NCBI GenBank assembly: GCA_030653975.1
Contig: JAURYH010000051.1
Span: 7,811 to 71,810 of the forward strand
Direction of reading: 5' to 3'
DNA length: 64,000 nucleotides
DNA from: Hydrogenophaga sp.
GTDB lineage: Bacteria; Pseudomonadota; Gammaproteobacteria; Burkholderiales; Burkholderiaceae_C
The notes beneath the pieces were generated by a model, which saw only the letters and a program-made list of their open reading frames with translations, ran no database searches and was not told the DNA's origin. Positions within the stretch are counted from its first letter, which is position 1; each line of letters starts with the position of its first letter. Both the position numbers and the translations under genes were made by a program. Shown piece after piece: positions 41,851 through 52,013 of this stretch.

Positions 41851-42579
41851 ATGACCCTGGAACACCCACCCTCTCCCGCCGGTCCCCGCGTGCACCGCTT
41901 TGACCAGCGCCCCCTGTCCATCACCGAAGCGCGCGTGCTGGGCACGCTGATGGAAAAGGCACGCACCGTGCCCGACAGCTACCCGCTGACGCTCAACAGC
42001 CTGCAAAGCGGCTGCAACCAGAAGTCGAGCCGCGAACCGGTGCTCTCGCTGACCGAGGGCGAGATCGCCGAGGCCATCGACGGTTTGCGCCAGCTGCACA
42101 TGGTGGTGGAGACCAGCGGTGGCCGCGCCACGCGCTACGAACACAACTTCCAGCGCGCCGTGGGCGTGCCCGAGCAGTCCGCCGTGCTGCTGGGCATGCT
42201 GGTGCTGCGCGGCCCACAGACCGCGGGCGAGCTGCGCCTGAACACCGAGCGCTGGTACAAGTTTCTCGACATCGCCTCGGTGGACGCGTTCCTCGAAGAG
42301 CTGCAGGACCGTACACCTGAAAAGGGCGGTGCGCTGGTGGTGAAGCTGCCGCGCGCGCCGGGCGCCCGGGAACAGCGCTGGGCCCACCTGCTCTGTGGCC
42401 CCGTGGACGTGAACGCGCTGAGTGCGCCCGCCAGCCACAGCGGCAGCGGTGCCACCGAGGACGAGGTGATCGCCCTCACCCGCCGCGTGGCCAGTCTGGA
42501 GGAGACGGTGGAGCATCTGCGCGCCCAGCTGCAAAACCTGCACGAGCAACTCGGCTTGTCGCAGCCCGGACAGGGATAA
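41851..42579 (+). CDS. YceH/DUF480-family protein
   Basis: [24 protein letters not shown]...CNQKSSREP and [11 protein letters not shown]. Confidence 0.88.
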   Translation: MTLEHPPSPAGPRVHRFDQRPLSITEARVLGTLMEKARTVPDSYPLTLNSLQSGCNQKSSREPVLSLTEGEIAEAIDGLRQLHMVVETSGGRATRYEHNFQRAVGVPEQSAVLLGMLVLRGPQTAGELRLNTERWYKFLDIASVDAFLEELQDRTPEKGGALVVKLPRAPGAREQRWAHLLCGPVDVNALSAPASHSGSGATEDEVIALTRRVASLEETVEHLRAQLQNLHEQLGLSQPGQG

Positions 42580-42657
42580 AACGAACGGTCGTGCCAAACT
42601 GTGCACCGTTGAGCGGGGCCCTGCCACCTGGGCCTTGCCATCCACCAGGAGACAAGC

Positions 42658-43839
42658 ATGGATTTGGCATTCACGCCGCAAGAGCAGGCGTTCCGCGAAG
42701 AGATTCGCGCCTGGGTCAAGGACAACCTGCCCGCCGACATCGCCCACAAGGTGCACAACGCGCTGCGCCTGTCGCGCGACGACATGCAGCGCTGGGCCAG
42801 GATCCTCGGCAAAAAGGGCTGGCTGGGCTACGGCTGGCCGCAGCCGTTCGGTGGCCCGGGCTGGACCGCCGTGCAGAAGCACCTGTTCGAAGAAGAGTGC
42901 GCGCTGGCCGGCGCGCCGCGCATCGTGCCCTTCGGCCCGGTGATGGTGGCCCCGGTCATCATGGCCTTTGGCAACAAGGCGCAGCAGGAGCGTTTCCTGC
43001 CCGGCATCGCCAGCGGCGACGTCTGGTGGAGCCAGGGTTACAGCGAACCGGGCTCGGGCTCGGACCTGGCCTCGGTCAAGACCCGCGCCGAGCGCCAGGG
43101 TGACCACTACATCGTCAACGGCCAGAAGACCTGGACCACGCTGGGCCAGTACGGCGAATGGATCTTCTGCCTGGTGCGCACCAGCACCGAGGGCAAACCG
43201 CAGACCGGCATCAGCTTCCTGCTGATCGACATGAAGTCGCCCGGCGTGAGCGTGCGGCCGATCAAGCTGCTCGACGGCGAGTGCGAAGTCAACGAGGTTT
43301 TCTTCGACAACGTCAAGGTGCCGGCCGAGAACCTGATCGGCGAAGAAAACAAGGGCTGGACCTACGCCAAGCACCTGCTCTCCCACGAGCGAACCAACAT
43401 CGCCGACGTGAACCGCGCCAAGCGCGAGCTGGAGCGCCTCAAGCGCATCGCCAAGACGGAAGGCGTGTGGAACGACACGCGTTTCCGCGACCAGATCGCC
43501 CTGCTGGAGGTGGACGTGGTGGCGCTGGAGATGCTGGTGCTGCGTGTGCTGAGTGCCGAGAAATCGGGCAAGAACTCGCTCGACATTGCCGGCCTGCTCA
43601 AGATCAAGGGCAGCGAAATCCAGCAACGCTACGCCGAACTGATGATGCTGGCCGCCGGGCCGTTTGCCGTGCCCTTCATCGAAGAAGCCATGGAAGCCGG
43701 CTGGCAGGGCAACTTCCCCGGCGGCGAGGTGGCCAACGCCCCGCTCGCTTCGACCTACTTCAACCTGCGCAAGACCACCATCTACGGTGGCAGCAACGAA
43801 GTGCAACGCAACATCGTGGCGCAGACCGTCCTCGGCTAA
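42658..43839 (+). CDS. Acyl-CoA dehydrogenase (PimC-like)
   Basis: QGYSEPGSGSDLAS, NGQKTWT, NEVFFDNV and IYGGSNEVQRNI. Confidence 0.92.
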   Translation: MDLAFTPQEQAFREEIRAWVKDNLPADIAHKVHNALRLSRDDMQRWARILGKKGWLGYGWPQPFGGPGWTAVQKHLFEEECALAGAPRIVPFGPVMVAPVIMAFGNKAQQERFLPGIASGDVWWSQGYSEPGSGSDLASVKTRAERQGDHYIVNGQKTWTTLGQYGEWIFCLVRTSTEGKPQTGISFLLIDMKSPGVSVRPIKLLDGECEVNEVFFDNVKVPAENLIGEENKGWTYAKHLLSHERTNIADVNRAKRELERLKRIAKTEGVWNDTRFRDQIALLEVDVVALEMLVLRVLSAEKSGKNSLDIAGLLKIKGSEIQQRYAELMMLAAGPFAVPFIEEAMEAGWQGNFPGGEVANAPLASTYFNLRKTTIYGGSNEVQRNIVAQTVLG

Positions 43840-43850
43840 GGAGATACACC

Positions 43851-44966
43851 ATGGACTTTGATTTTTCCGACGACCAGGAACAGCTGCGCGACGCGGTGCG
43901 CAAGTGGGTCGACAAAGGCTACGACTTCGAACGCCGCCGCGCCATCGTCAAGGCCGGCGGCTTTGACCGCAAGGCCTACAACGAGCTGGCCGAACTCGGC
44001 CTGGCAGGTCTCTACATCAGCGAAGCCGATGGCGGCCTGGGCATGGGCCCGGTCGAGGGCATGGTGGTGATGGAAGAGCTGGGCCGCGGCATCGTGCTGG
44101 AGCCGCTGGCGCAGACGCTGATTGCGGGCGGTGTGCTCGGTGGCTACGCGGATGCGGACGTCAAGGCCGCCTGGCTGCCGAAGATCGCTGCGGGCGAGGC
44201 GCTGGTGGTGCTGGCGCAGCAGGAACGCGGCGCGCGGTACCAGCTGGACGCCTGCAAGACCACCGCCAGCCAGGCCGGCAGTGGCTGGACGGTGAGCGGC
44301 GCCAAGAGCGTGGTGCCCGCCGGCGACCAGGCCGACGCCTTCATCGTGCCCGCGGTGGTCAACGGGCAGATCGCCTTGTTCTTGGTGGAACGCAGCGCTG
44401 CTGGCGTCAGCACACAGGGCTACGGCACGCAGGACGGCGGCCGTGCGGCCGAAGTGATCCTCTCGAACGCCCCCGCCAGCCTGATCACCACCGACGGCCT
44501 CGCCGCGCTGGAACACGCGGTGGACATTGGCATCGCCGCGGTCTGTGCCGAGGCGGTGGGTGTGATGGACAAGACCGTGGCCCTGACCGTGGAGTACATG
44601 AACACGCGCAAGCAGTTCGGCGTGGCGATCGCCAGCTTCCAGGCCCTGCGCCACCGCGTGGCCGACATGAAGATGCAGTTGGAACTGGCGCGCTCGATGA
44701 GCTTCTACGCCAGCCTGAAACTGAACGCCCCGGCCGCCGAGCGCCGCCGCGCGATGGCACGCGCCAAGGTGCAATTGGGTAACTCCATGCGTTTCGTGGG
44801 CCAGCAGTCGGTGCAGCTGCACGGCGGCATCGGCGTGACCGACGAGTACATCGGCAGCCACTACTTCAAGAAGCTGACCCAGCTGGAGATGACGTTTGGC
44901 GACACGCTGCACCACCTGGGGGAGGTGTCGGCGCGGATGGAAGACACGGCGGGGGTGTTTGCCTGA
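43851..44966 (+). CDS. Acyl-CoA dehydrogenase (PimD-like partner subunit)
   Basis: RKQFGVAIASFQALRHR and VQLHGGIG; tandem with the preceding gene. Confidence 0.9.
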   Translation: MDFDFSDDQEQLRDAVRKWVDKGYDFERRRAIVKAGGFDRKAYNELAELGLAGLYISEADGGLGMGPVEGMVVMEELGRGIVLEPLAQTLIAGGVLGGYADADVKAAWLPKIAAGEALVVLAQQERGARYQLDACKTTASQAGSGWTVSGAKSVVPAGDQADAFIVPAVVNGQIALFLVERSAAGVSTQGYGTQDGGRAAEVILSNAPASLITTDGLAALEHAVDIGIAAVCAEAVGVMDKTVALTVEYMNTRKQFGVAIASFQALRHRVADMKMQLELARSMSFYASLKLNAPAAERRRAMARAKVQLGNSMRFVGQQSVQLHGGIGVTDEYIGSHYFKKLTQLEMTFGDTLHHLGEVSARMEDTAGVFA

Positions 44967-44993
44967 ATCTTCTCCTGTTGGGTGTTTCTGTGG

Positions 44994-45019
44994 TGCCCCG
45001 CTTTGCGGGGCATTTTTTT
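44994..45019 (+). terminator. Intrinsic terminator
   Basis: TGCCCCGC-TTT-GCGGGGCA followed by TTTTTTT. Confidence 0.88.
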
Positions 45020-45037
45020 CGCTCTACGGTTTCTGCT

Positions 45038-45141
45038 GGATCGGTGAGATGCCAGGCCTTACTCCGCTCATGTCCCCCGGTGCCGCTGCGCGGCCCCTCC
45101 TCCTTTACTTCGCTGCGCAAGACCTGACACCTCACCGATCC
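45038..45141 (+). repeat. Family B element 1 (variable arms, conserved core)
   Basis: Arms 45038-45060 and 45119-45141 (20/23 complementary) around core ACTCCGCTCATGTCCCCC...CTCCTCCTTTACTTCGCTGCG. Confidence 0.85.
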
Positions 45142-45185
45142 GCCGACACGTGTGCGCTCCACCGCTGGCACGCCCGGGCGGTCGC

Positions 45186-45291
45186 GGCCTGAGGGCGCTG
45201 GGTGAGTGACGCAGCGAAGTCAAGGAGGAGACAAGGGCGCAGCCCTTGGCGGGGGACATGAGCGTAGTTACTCACCCAGCGCCCTCAGGCC
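45186..45291 (-). repeat. Family B element 2
   Basis: Perfect 22-bp arms 45186-45207 and 45270-45291 around the core on the minus strand. Confidence 0.85.
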
Positions 45292-45321
45292 ATCGAAGAA
45301 GCACAAGCAAGCCCAACAGAG

Positions 45322-45879
45322 TCAGGCGTGAAGACGGGAAGTCTTGGGCAGATGAGACATCAGGAACTCCATCTGGTCCGCCAGGATGCGCCGGTTGCGC
45401 AGGATGAAGTCTTCCCACAGGCTGGGCACATAAGGGGCATAGATCAGCGGCATGCGGGCCTGCTCGGGCGTGCGGTTGCCCTTTCGGTGGTTGCACGACT
45501 TGCAGGCCGTGACCACATTCATCCAGCTGTCCAGACCCCGCTGCCCCAGCGGCACGATGTGCTCCCGCGTCAGCAGGTCTTCGTGAAACTGCTCACCGCA
45601 GTAGCCACAAAGACAGCGGTCTCGCGCAAACAGTTTGCTGTTGGTCAGCGAAGGGCGCAGACCGAAAGGATTGATGCGGGGCACGCCCTGGGTGCCGATG
45701 ATGGAGTTGATGGTGATGATCGACTGCCGCCCGGTGATGGCGTTGTGACCACCATGGAACACCGCAACTTCGGCGCCCATTTCCCAGCGCACCTCATCCG
45801 CAGCGTAATGCAGCACGGCTTCTTCCAGGCTGATCCAGGACTGTGGCAGCCCCTGCGCAGACAGCTTCAGAACCTTCAA
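45322..45879 (-). CDS. HNH endonuclease (McrA-like zinc finger)
   Basis: CGYCG...TREHIVP...G.DSWMNVVTACKSCNHRKG; GGAGG RBS before the TTG start. Confidence 0.88.
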   Translation of the reverse strand: MKVLKLSAQGLPQSWISLEEAVLHYAADEVRWEMGAEVAVFHGGHNAITGRQSIITINSIIGTQGVPRINPFGLRPSLTNSKLFARDRCLCGYCGEQFHEDLLTREHIVPLGQRGLDSWMNVVTACKSCNHRKGNRTPEQARMPLIYAPYVPSLWEDFILRNRRILADQMEFLMSHLPKTSRLHA

Positions 45880-46033
45880 GACCCACCTCCATGTTGACAA
45901 ACAACCGGACAATCTGTCTTCAGCACGGCCCCCCACGCTCCTGAGGGACCGCCTGTCATGTGTCAATATACAGCGCTTCTGTGACAAACATCCTGAACCG
46001 CGCCCAACACCCCGGATGGGGCGGGCATTGCCC

Positions 46034-47107
46034 ATGAAAATCATCCGAGGACTCTGGAACCTGCAGCACGGCGCCACCAGCGAGTCGCCACCCGGCTGCG
46101 CGCTCACCATCGGCAACTTCGATGGCGTGCACCGGGGCCACCAGGCCATGCTGGCGCTGCTGAACAACGAAGCCCGGCACCGTGGCGTGCCCAGCTGCGT
46201 GATGACCTTCGAGCCCCACCCGCGCGACTATTTTGCGGCCCTTCACCACAAGCCCGACCTGGCCCCGGCCCGCATCGCCACGCTGCGCGACAAGCTCGAA
46301 GAACTGGAGCGCTGCGGCGTGGACCAATGCGTGGTGCTGCCCTTCAATGCCCGGCTGGCCGGGCAGCCACCGCAGGCCTTCATCGAAGACATGCTGGTCG
46401 CCGGCCTGGGCGTGCGTTATGTGCTGGTGGGCGACGACTTCCGTTTCGGCGCCCAGCGCGCGGGCGACTACGCCATGCTGGACGCGGCGGGTTCCCGGCT
46501 GGGTTTTGACGTCGCGCGCATGCAGAGCTACGAAGTTCACGGCATCCGGGTGTCCAGCTCCGCCGTGCGCGATGCGCTGGCCGCGGGTGACATGGACCGT
46601 GTGGCCACCCTGCTCGGCCGCCCCTACGCCGTCAGCGGGCACGTGGTGCACGGCCGCAAGCTCGGTCGCCAGCTGGCCGAAAGCAGCCCGGGGCGCGGGG
46701 ACGGCTTTCGCACCCTCAACCTGCGTTTCTCCCACTGGAAACCCGCCGCCAGCGGCATTTTTGCGGTCCATGTGCACGGACTCACGCCCCAAGGCCAGCC
46801 TCTCACGGGCGTGGCCAACCTCGGCGTGCGCCCCTCGCTGGACCCCGATGACGTGAATGGCGGGCGCGTATTGCTGGAAACCCATTGCCTGGACTGGCCG
46901 GCGGAGATGGTCGCCAGCCTGCCCGACGGAGAGGCCTACGGTAAAATCATCCGCGTGGAACTGCTGCACAAACTGCACGATGAGCTGAAATACGACGGTC
47001 TGGACGCCCTCACCCGGGGCATCGCCAAGGACTGCGACGACGCGCGTGCTTTTTTTGCGTCGCTGCACACCCAGACGCACCGCCAGACCACGCGCGACCG
47101 AATTTAG
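46034..47107 (+). CDS. ribF: Bifunctional riboflavin kinase / FAD synthetase
   Basis: GNFDGVHRGH, VGDDFRFG and ANLGVRPS. Confidence 0.96.
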   Translation: MKIIRGLWNLQHGATSESPPGCALTIGNFDGVHRGHQAMLALLNNEARHRGVPSCVMTFEPHPRDYFAALHHKPDLAPARIATLRDKLEELERCGVDQCVVLPFNARLAGQPPQAFIEDMLVAGLGVRYVLVGDDFRFGAQRAGDYAMLDAAGSRLGFDVARMQSYEVHGIRVSSSAVRDALAAGDMDRVATLLGRPYAVSGHVVHGRKLGRQLAESSPGRGDGFRTLNLRFSHWKPAASGIFAVHVHGLTPQGQPLTGVANLGVRPSLDPDDVNGGRVLLETHCLDWPAEMVASLPDGEAYGKIIRVELLHKLHDELKYDGLDALTRGIAKDCDDARAFFASLHTQTHRQTTRDRI

Positions 47108-47132
47108 GCGCCACGCCTGCCCGGTCGCCGCC

Positions 47133-47206
47133 CTTCGACAGGCTCAGGGCGAACGGAATCCCTTCTCCCGCACCCCACTCCCCCGTTCGGGCTGAGCCTG
47201 TCGAAG
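47133..47206. repeat. 24-bp inverted-repeat doublet (REPIN-like)
   Basis: CTTCGACAGGCTCAGGGCGAACGG / CCGTTCGGGCTGAGCCTGTCGAAG, 22/24 complementary. Confidence 0.8.
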
Positions 47207-47225
47207 CCCTCACCGAGCCGCACCC

Positions 47226-50132
47226 ATGTCTGACAACAAACCCACCGCAGCGCCCGCTGCCAAGCCCGAAGCCAGTGCCTACCGCGCCACGCTGAACATG
47301 CCCGACACGCCGTTCCCGATGCGCGGCGACCTGCCCAAGCGCGAACCGGCCTGGGTCGGGGAATGGAATGAAGGCGGTCTCTACAAGCGCCTGCGCGATG
47401 CGCGCCAGGGTGCGCCGCTGTTCGTGCTGCACGACGGCCCGCCCTATGCCAACGGCAAGCTGCACATCGGGCACGCGCTGAACAAGGTGCTGAAAGACAT
47501 GATCGTGAAATCGAAACAGCTCGCTGGTTTCGATGCCCAGTACATCCCCGGCTGGGACTGCCACGGCCTGCCGATCGAGAACGCGATCGAGAAACTGCAC
47601 GGCCGAAACCTGAGCCGCGACGACATGCAGGCCAAGAGCCGCGCCTTTGCCACCGAGCAGATCGATCAGCAGCGCGAAGACTTCAAGCGCCTGGGCGTGC
47701 TCGGCGACTGGGATCGCCCCTACCGCACCATGGACCCGGCCAATGAGGCGGGCGAGATCCGCGCCTTCAAGCGCGTGATCGAGCGCGGCTTCGTCTACCG
47801 GGGCCTCAAACCCGTGTACTGGTGTTTTGACTGCGGCAGCTCGCTGGCCGAGTTCGAGATCGAATACGCCGACAAGCAGAGCGACACGCTGGACGTGGCG
47901 TTCGAGACCGACGACGCCAAGAAGCTGGCCGCCGCCTTCGGCCTGTCCACGCTGCCCGCCGGCAAAAGTGCCTTCATGGTGATCTGGACCACCACCGCCT
48001 GGACGATTCCCGCCAACCAGGCGCTCAACGCCCACCCCGAACTCACCTACGCGCTGGTGGACACGCCCATGGGCTGCCTGGTGCTGGCCGAAACGCTGGT
48101 GGACAACTGCCTGGAACGCTTCGGCCTGCAAGGCTCCGTGCTCGCCTCGACAAAGGGCGACCAGCTCGGCGGCCTGAACTTCCGCCACCCGCTGTACGAC
48201 GTGGACGCGGGCTACCACCGCCTCTCGCCGGTCTATGTGGCCGACTACGTGAGCGACAGCGATGGCACCGGCATCGTGCACTCGTCGCCGGCCTACGGCG
48301 TGGACGACTTCAACTCCTGCGTGGCCAACGGCCTGGCGTACGACGACATCCTGAACCCCGTGCAGGGCAACGGCACCTACGCGGCCGACTTCCCGCTGTT
48401 CGGTGGCCTGCACATCTGGAAGGCCGTGCCGGTCATCCTCGAGGCGCTGAAGAACGCCGGCCGCCTGATGGCCACGCAGAAGATCACCCACAGCTACCCG
48501 CACTGCTGGCGCCACAAGACGCCGGTGATCTACCGCGCCGCCGCGCAGTGGTTCGTGCGCATGGACGAGGGTGAGGGTGTGTTCACCAAGGACAAGGCGC
48601 CCAAGACCCTGCGCCAGCTGGCGCTGGACGCCATCGACCACACCCACTTCTACCCCGAGAACGGCAAGACCCGCCTGCGCGACATGATCGCCAACCGGCC
48701 CGACTGGTGCATCTCTCGCCAACGCTCGTGGGGCGTGCCCGTGCCCTTCTTCCTGCACAAGGATTCGGGCGAGCTGCATCCCAACACCATGGTCATCCTC
48801 GACCAGGCGGCCGACATCGTCGAAAAAGGCGGCATCGAGGCCTGGAGCCGCGTGACGGCCGAAGAGATCCTCGGCACCGATGCGCCGCACTACACCAAGA
48901 GCACCGACATCCTGGAGGTCTGGTTCGACTCCGGCTCGACCTTCTGGCACGTGCTGCGCGGCAGCCATGCGCACGCCTACCCGAACGGAGCCTCGCACGC
49001 CGAAGGCCCCGAGGCCGACCTCTACCTCGAAGGTCACGACCAGCACCGCGGCTGGTTCCACAGCTCACTGCTGCTGGGCTGCGCCCTGTACGACCGCGCG
49101 CCCTACAAAGGCCTGCTGACCCACGGCTTCGCCACCGACGGCCAGGGCCGCAAAATGAGCAAGTCGCTGGGCAACACCGTCGATCCGCAGTCGGTGACGA
49201 GCAAGCTCGGCGCCGAAATCGTGCGCCTGTGGGTGGCCAGCACCGATTACTCGGGCGACCTCAACATCGACGACAAGATCCTGGCCCGCGTGGTCGACGC
49301 CTACCGCCGCATCCGCAACACGCTGCGTTTCCTGATGGCCAACACGGTGGACTTCAACCCCGCCACCGACGCCGTGCCGCTGGAGCAGATGCTGGAGATC
49401 GACCGCTACGCGCTGGCCCGCGCCAGCGAGCTGCAGGCCCAGATCCTGGCGCACTTCGATGTCTACGAATTCCATCCGGTGGTGAGCAAGCTGCAGGTGT
49501 ACTGCTCGGAAGACCTGGGCGCGTTCTACCTGGACGTGCTCAAGGACCGGCTGTACACGACCGCCCCCAAGAGCCTGGCGCGCCGCTCGGCACAGACCGC
49601 GCTGCACCAGATCACCAGCGCCATGCTGCGCTGGATGGCGCCTTTCCTCAGTTTCACCGCCGAGGAGGCCTGGGGCCATTTCGCGGGTGACAAGAACAAG
49701 GGCTCGATCTTCTTCGAGACCTTCTCGCCCCTGCCATCAGCCAACGAAGCCCTGCTGGCCAAGTGGGGCCGCATCCGCTCCATCCGCGACGTGGCCAACA
49801 AGGAGATCGAAGCCGTGCGCACCGCCGGCCAGGTGGGCGCGTCGCTGCAGGCCACGCTGGTGATCACCGCCGGCGCCGACGACGCGGCTTTGCTGCGCTC
49901 GCTGGGCGACGACCTGAAGTTCGTGACCATCACGTCCGCCGCCACGGTGGTGGACGGCGCCGAACTGCAGGTGGCGGTGGCGCCCAGCAGCGCGCAGAAG
50001 TGCGATCGCTGCTGGCACTACCGCGACGACGTGGGCAGCCACGCCGAACACCCGACACTGTGCGGTCGTTGCGTGAACAACCTCGCCGAAGCGGCGGGGA
50101 CCGGCGCGGGTGAACAGCGGGTGGTCGCCTGA
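47226..50132 (+). CDS. ileS: Isoleucine--tRNA ligase
   Basis: [11 protein letters not shown] and KMSKS; C-terminal CDRCWH...CGRC zinc finger. Confidence 0.99.
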   Translation: MSDNKPTAAPAAKPEASAYRATLNMPDTPFPMRGDLPKREPAWVGEWNEGGLYKRLRDARQGAPLFVLHDGPPYANGKLHIGHALNKVLKDMIVKSKQLAGFDAQYIPGWDCHGLPIENAIEKLHGRNLSRDDMQAKSRAFATEQIDQQREDFKRLGVLGDWDRPYRTMDPANEAGEIRAFKRVIERGFVYRGLKPVYWCFDCGSSLAEFEIEYADKQSDTLDVAFETDDAKKLAAAFGLSTLPAGKSAFMVIWTTTAWTIPANQALNAHPELTYALVDTPMGCLVLAETLVDNCLERFGLQGSVLASTKGDQLGGLNFRHPLYDVDAGYHRLSPVYVADYVSDSDGTGIVHSSPAYGVDDFNSCVANGLAYDDILNPVQGNGTYAADFPLFGGLHIWKAVPVILEALKNAGRLMATQKITHSYPHCWRHKTPVIYRAAAQWFVRMDEGEGVFTKDKAPKTLRQLALDAIDHTHFYPENGKTRLRDMIANRPDWCISRQRSWGVPVPFFLHKDSGELHPNTMVILDQAADIVEKGGIEAWSRVTAEEILGTDAPHYTKSTDILEVWFDSGSTFWHVLRGSHAHAYPNGASHAEGPEADLYLEGHDQHRGWFHSSLLLGCALYDRAPYKGLLTHGFATDGQGRKMSKSLGNTVDPQSVTSKLGAEIVRLWVASTDYSGDLNIDDKILARVVDAYRRIRNTLRFLMANTVDFNPATDAVPLEQMLEIDRYALARASELQAQILAHFDVYEFHPVVSKLQVYCSEDLGAFYLDVLKDRLYTTAPKSLARRSAQTALHQITSAMLRWMAPFLSFTAEEAWGHFAGDKNKGSIFFETFSPLPSANEALLAKWGRIRSIRDVANKEIEAVRTAGQVGASLQATLVITAGADDAALLRSLGDDLKFVTITSAATVVDGAELQVAVAPSSAQKCDRCWHYRDDVGSHAEHPTLCGRCVNNLAEAAGTGAGEQRVVA

Positions 50133-50638
50133 TGGCCAGAGTCAAAGGCTCTCTCTGGCCCTGGCTGGGTCTGGCTCTCGCCATCGTGCTGCTGGACCAG
50201 TTCACCAAGGTGCTGATCCTCGGCAACTACCGGCTCGGCGACAGCACGACTGTCACCAGCTTCTTCAACGTGGTCCGCGTGCACAACACCGGCGCCGCGT
50301 TTTCCTTCCTGGCCTCGGCGGGGGGCTGGCAGCGCTGGTTCTTCACCGGCATTGGCATCGCGGCGGCGGTGTTCATCGTGTGGATGCTGCGCTCGCACCC
50401 GGGGCAGAAACTGTTCGCCTTCGCGCTCGCCTGCATCCTGGGCGGCGCCATCGGCAACGTGGTGGACCGCGTGCTGCACGGCTACGTGGTCGACTTCCTG
50501 GACTTCCACTGGTCCTTCCTGTCCGGCCTCTTCCCGGGCGGGCATTTCCCTGCCTTCAACGTGGCGGATGCGGGCATCACCATCGGCGCGATCAGCCTGA
50601 TCCTGGACGAGATCCTGCGCGTGCGACGAAGCAGGTAG
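50132..50638 (+). CDS. lspA: Lipoprotein signal peptidase II
   Basis: [21 protein letters not shown] and FNVAD; follows ileS. Confidence 0.97.
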   Translation: MARVKGSLWPWLGLALAIVLLDQFTKVLILGNYRLGDSTTVTSFFNVVRVHNTGAAFSFLASAGGWQRWFFTGIGIAAAVFIVWMLRSHPGQKLFAFALACILGGAIGNVVDRVLHGYVVDFLDFHWSFLSGLFPGGHFPAFNVADAGITIGAISLILDEILRVRRSR

Positions 50639-50642
50639 AGGC

Positions 50643-50756
50643 CCCCACACTCCGCCGCTGCGCGGGTCGTTGCCCCCCGAGGGGGCTGTTTTTCCTTGGG
50701 GCGGCCCTGCGGAAAAACGTGGTCCCCACACTCCGCCGCTGCGCGGGTCGTTGCCC
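50643..50756 (+). repeat. Perfect 33-bp direct repeat pair with a 48-bp structured spacer
   Basis: CCCCACACTCCGCCGCTGCGCGGGTCGTTGCCC at 50643-50675 and 50724-50756. Confidence 0.85.
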
Positions 50757-50849
50757 ACAAGGTGGTTGACCAGTTGGGGGGTGCGGCTTTCACAGCCCTG
50801 TGCTAATCTGGCAGACCCGCTTTCAGAGCGACCTGCCAGGAGACACCCC

Positions 50850-52001
50850 ATGCCCGGACTGCTGCCACACGTTGACCCCGATGGCCTGCTGGAATTCTCG
50901 GTCGTCTACACCGACCGCGCGCTCAACCACATGTCCAAGCGCTTCCAGGGTGTGATGACCGACATCTCGGCCATGCTCAAGCGGGTGTACGGCGCTCACT
51001 CGGCCGTGCTGGTGCCCGGCAGCGGCACCTTCGGCATGGAATCGGTGGCGCGCCAGTTCGCGCACGGCCAGCACGTGATGGTGATCCGCAACGGCTGGTT
51101 CAGCTACCGCTGGACGCAGATCTTCGACATGGGGTCCATCCCCGCCAGCCACACCGTGATGAAGGCCCGGCGCATTGCCGAAGGCCCGCAAGCGGCCTGG
51201 ACACCGGCTCCGATTGAAGAGGTGAAGGCCGCCATCGCAAAAGAGAAGCCTGCGCTGGTCTTCGCGCCGCACGTGGAAACCGCCGCCGGCATGATGCTGC
51301 CCGACGACTACCTCAAGGCCGTGGCCGACGCGGTGCACGCCGTGGGCGGCCTGTTCGTGCTGGACTGCATCGCCTCGGGCGCGATGTGGGTGGACATGAT
51401 GGCCACCGGTGTCGACATCCTGATTTCCGCGCCGCAGAAGGGCTGGAGCAGCTCGCCCTGCTGCGCCATGGTGATGTTGAGCGAGCGCGCCCGCTTGGGC
51501 CTAGACGCCACGCAGAGCACCACCTTCGCCATGGACCTGAAGAAGTGGCTGCAGATCATGGAGGCCTACGAAGGCGGCGGTCACGCCTACCACTCCACGC
51601 TGCCGACCGACGCTTTGCTGCGGCTGCGCGACACCATGCAGGAAACCGAGGCCTACGGCTATGCCAGGGTGCGCGATGAGCAGGTCGCTCTGGGTCGCGC
51701 TGTGCGCGCACTGCTCGAAGATCACGGTTTCCCCAGCGTGGCGGCGCCGGGCTTCCAGGCGCCGGGTGTGGTGGTGAGTTTCACCACCGATCCCGACATC
51801 CAGTCGAGCAAGAAATTTCTCGCCGCAGGCCTGCAGACCGCCGCGGGCGTGCCGCTGCAATGCGACGAAGGCACGGACTTCAAGACCTTCCGCATCGGCC
51901 TCTTTGGTCTCGACAAGTGGCACGACGTGGACAACACCATAGACCACCTGCGCACGGCCCTGCGGACTGTCGCACCGCAACCGGCGGCGGCGCTGGCCTG
52001 A
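50850..52001 (+). CDS. Class V PLP aminotransferase (serine/alanine-glyoxylate type)
   Basis: PGSGTFGME, HVETAAG, VLDCIASG and SAPQKG (PLP lysine). Confidence 0.88.
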   Translation: MPGLLPHVDPDGLLEFSVVYTDRALNHMSKRFQGVMTDISAMLKRVYGAHSAVLVPGSGTFGMESVARQFAHGQHVMVIRNGWFSYRWTQIFDMGSIPASHTVMKARRIAEGPQAAWTPAPIEEVKAAIAKEKPALVFAPHVETAAGMMLPDDYLKAVADAVHAVGGLFVLDCIASGAMWVDMMATGVDILISAPQKGWSSSPCCAMVMLSERARLGLDATQSTTFAMDLKKWLQIMEAYEGGGHAYHSTLPTDALLRLRDTMQETEAYGYARVRDEQVALGRAVRALLEDHGFPSVAAPGFQAPGVVVSFTTDPDIQSSKKFLAAGLQTAAGVPLQCDEGTDFKTFRIGLFGLDKWHDVDNTIDHLRTALRTVAPQPAAALA

Positions 52002-52013
52002 GGGGAGCACACG

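Noticed and set aside
45038-45291. Family B as a retron ncRNA (a1/a2 arms) or hammerhead ribozyme
   Set aside because: No reverse transcriptase nearby, the units are very short, and the CUGANGA/GAAA core is absent.
45958-45973. LexA-like box ATGT-N8-ACAG between HNH and ribF
   Set aside because: Mismatch in the conserved CTG half-site; single weak hit.
50643-50756. Repeat-spacer-repeat as a minimal CRISPR array
   Set aside because: Only two repeats, the spacer is itself palindromic, the repeat resembles the intergenic family, and no cas genes are in the window.
50808-50842. Hairpin CTGGCAG...CTGCCAG touching the aminotransferase RBS as a riboswitch
   Set aside because: No glycine or other known aptamer motif; a -10-like box just upstream would start transcription inside the 5' arm.
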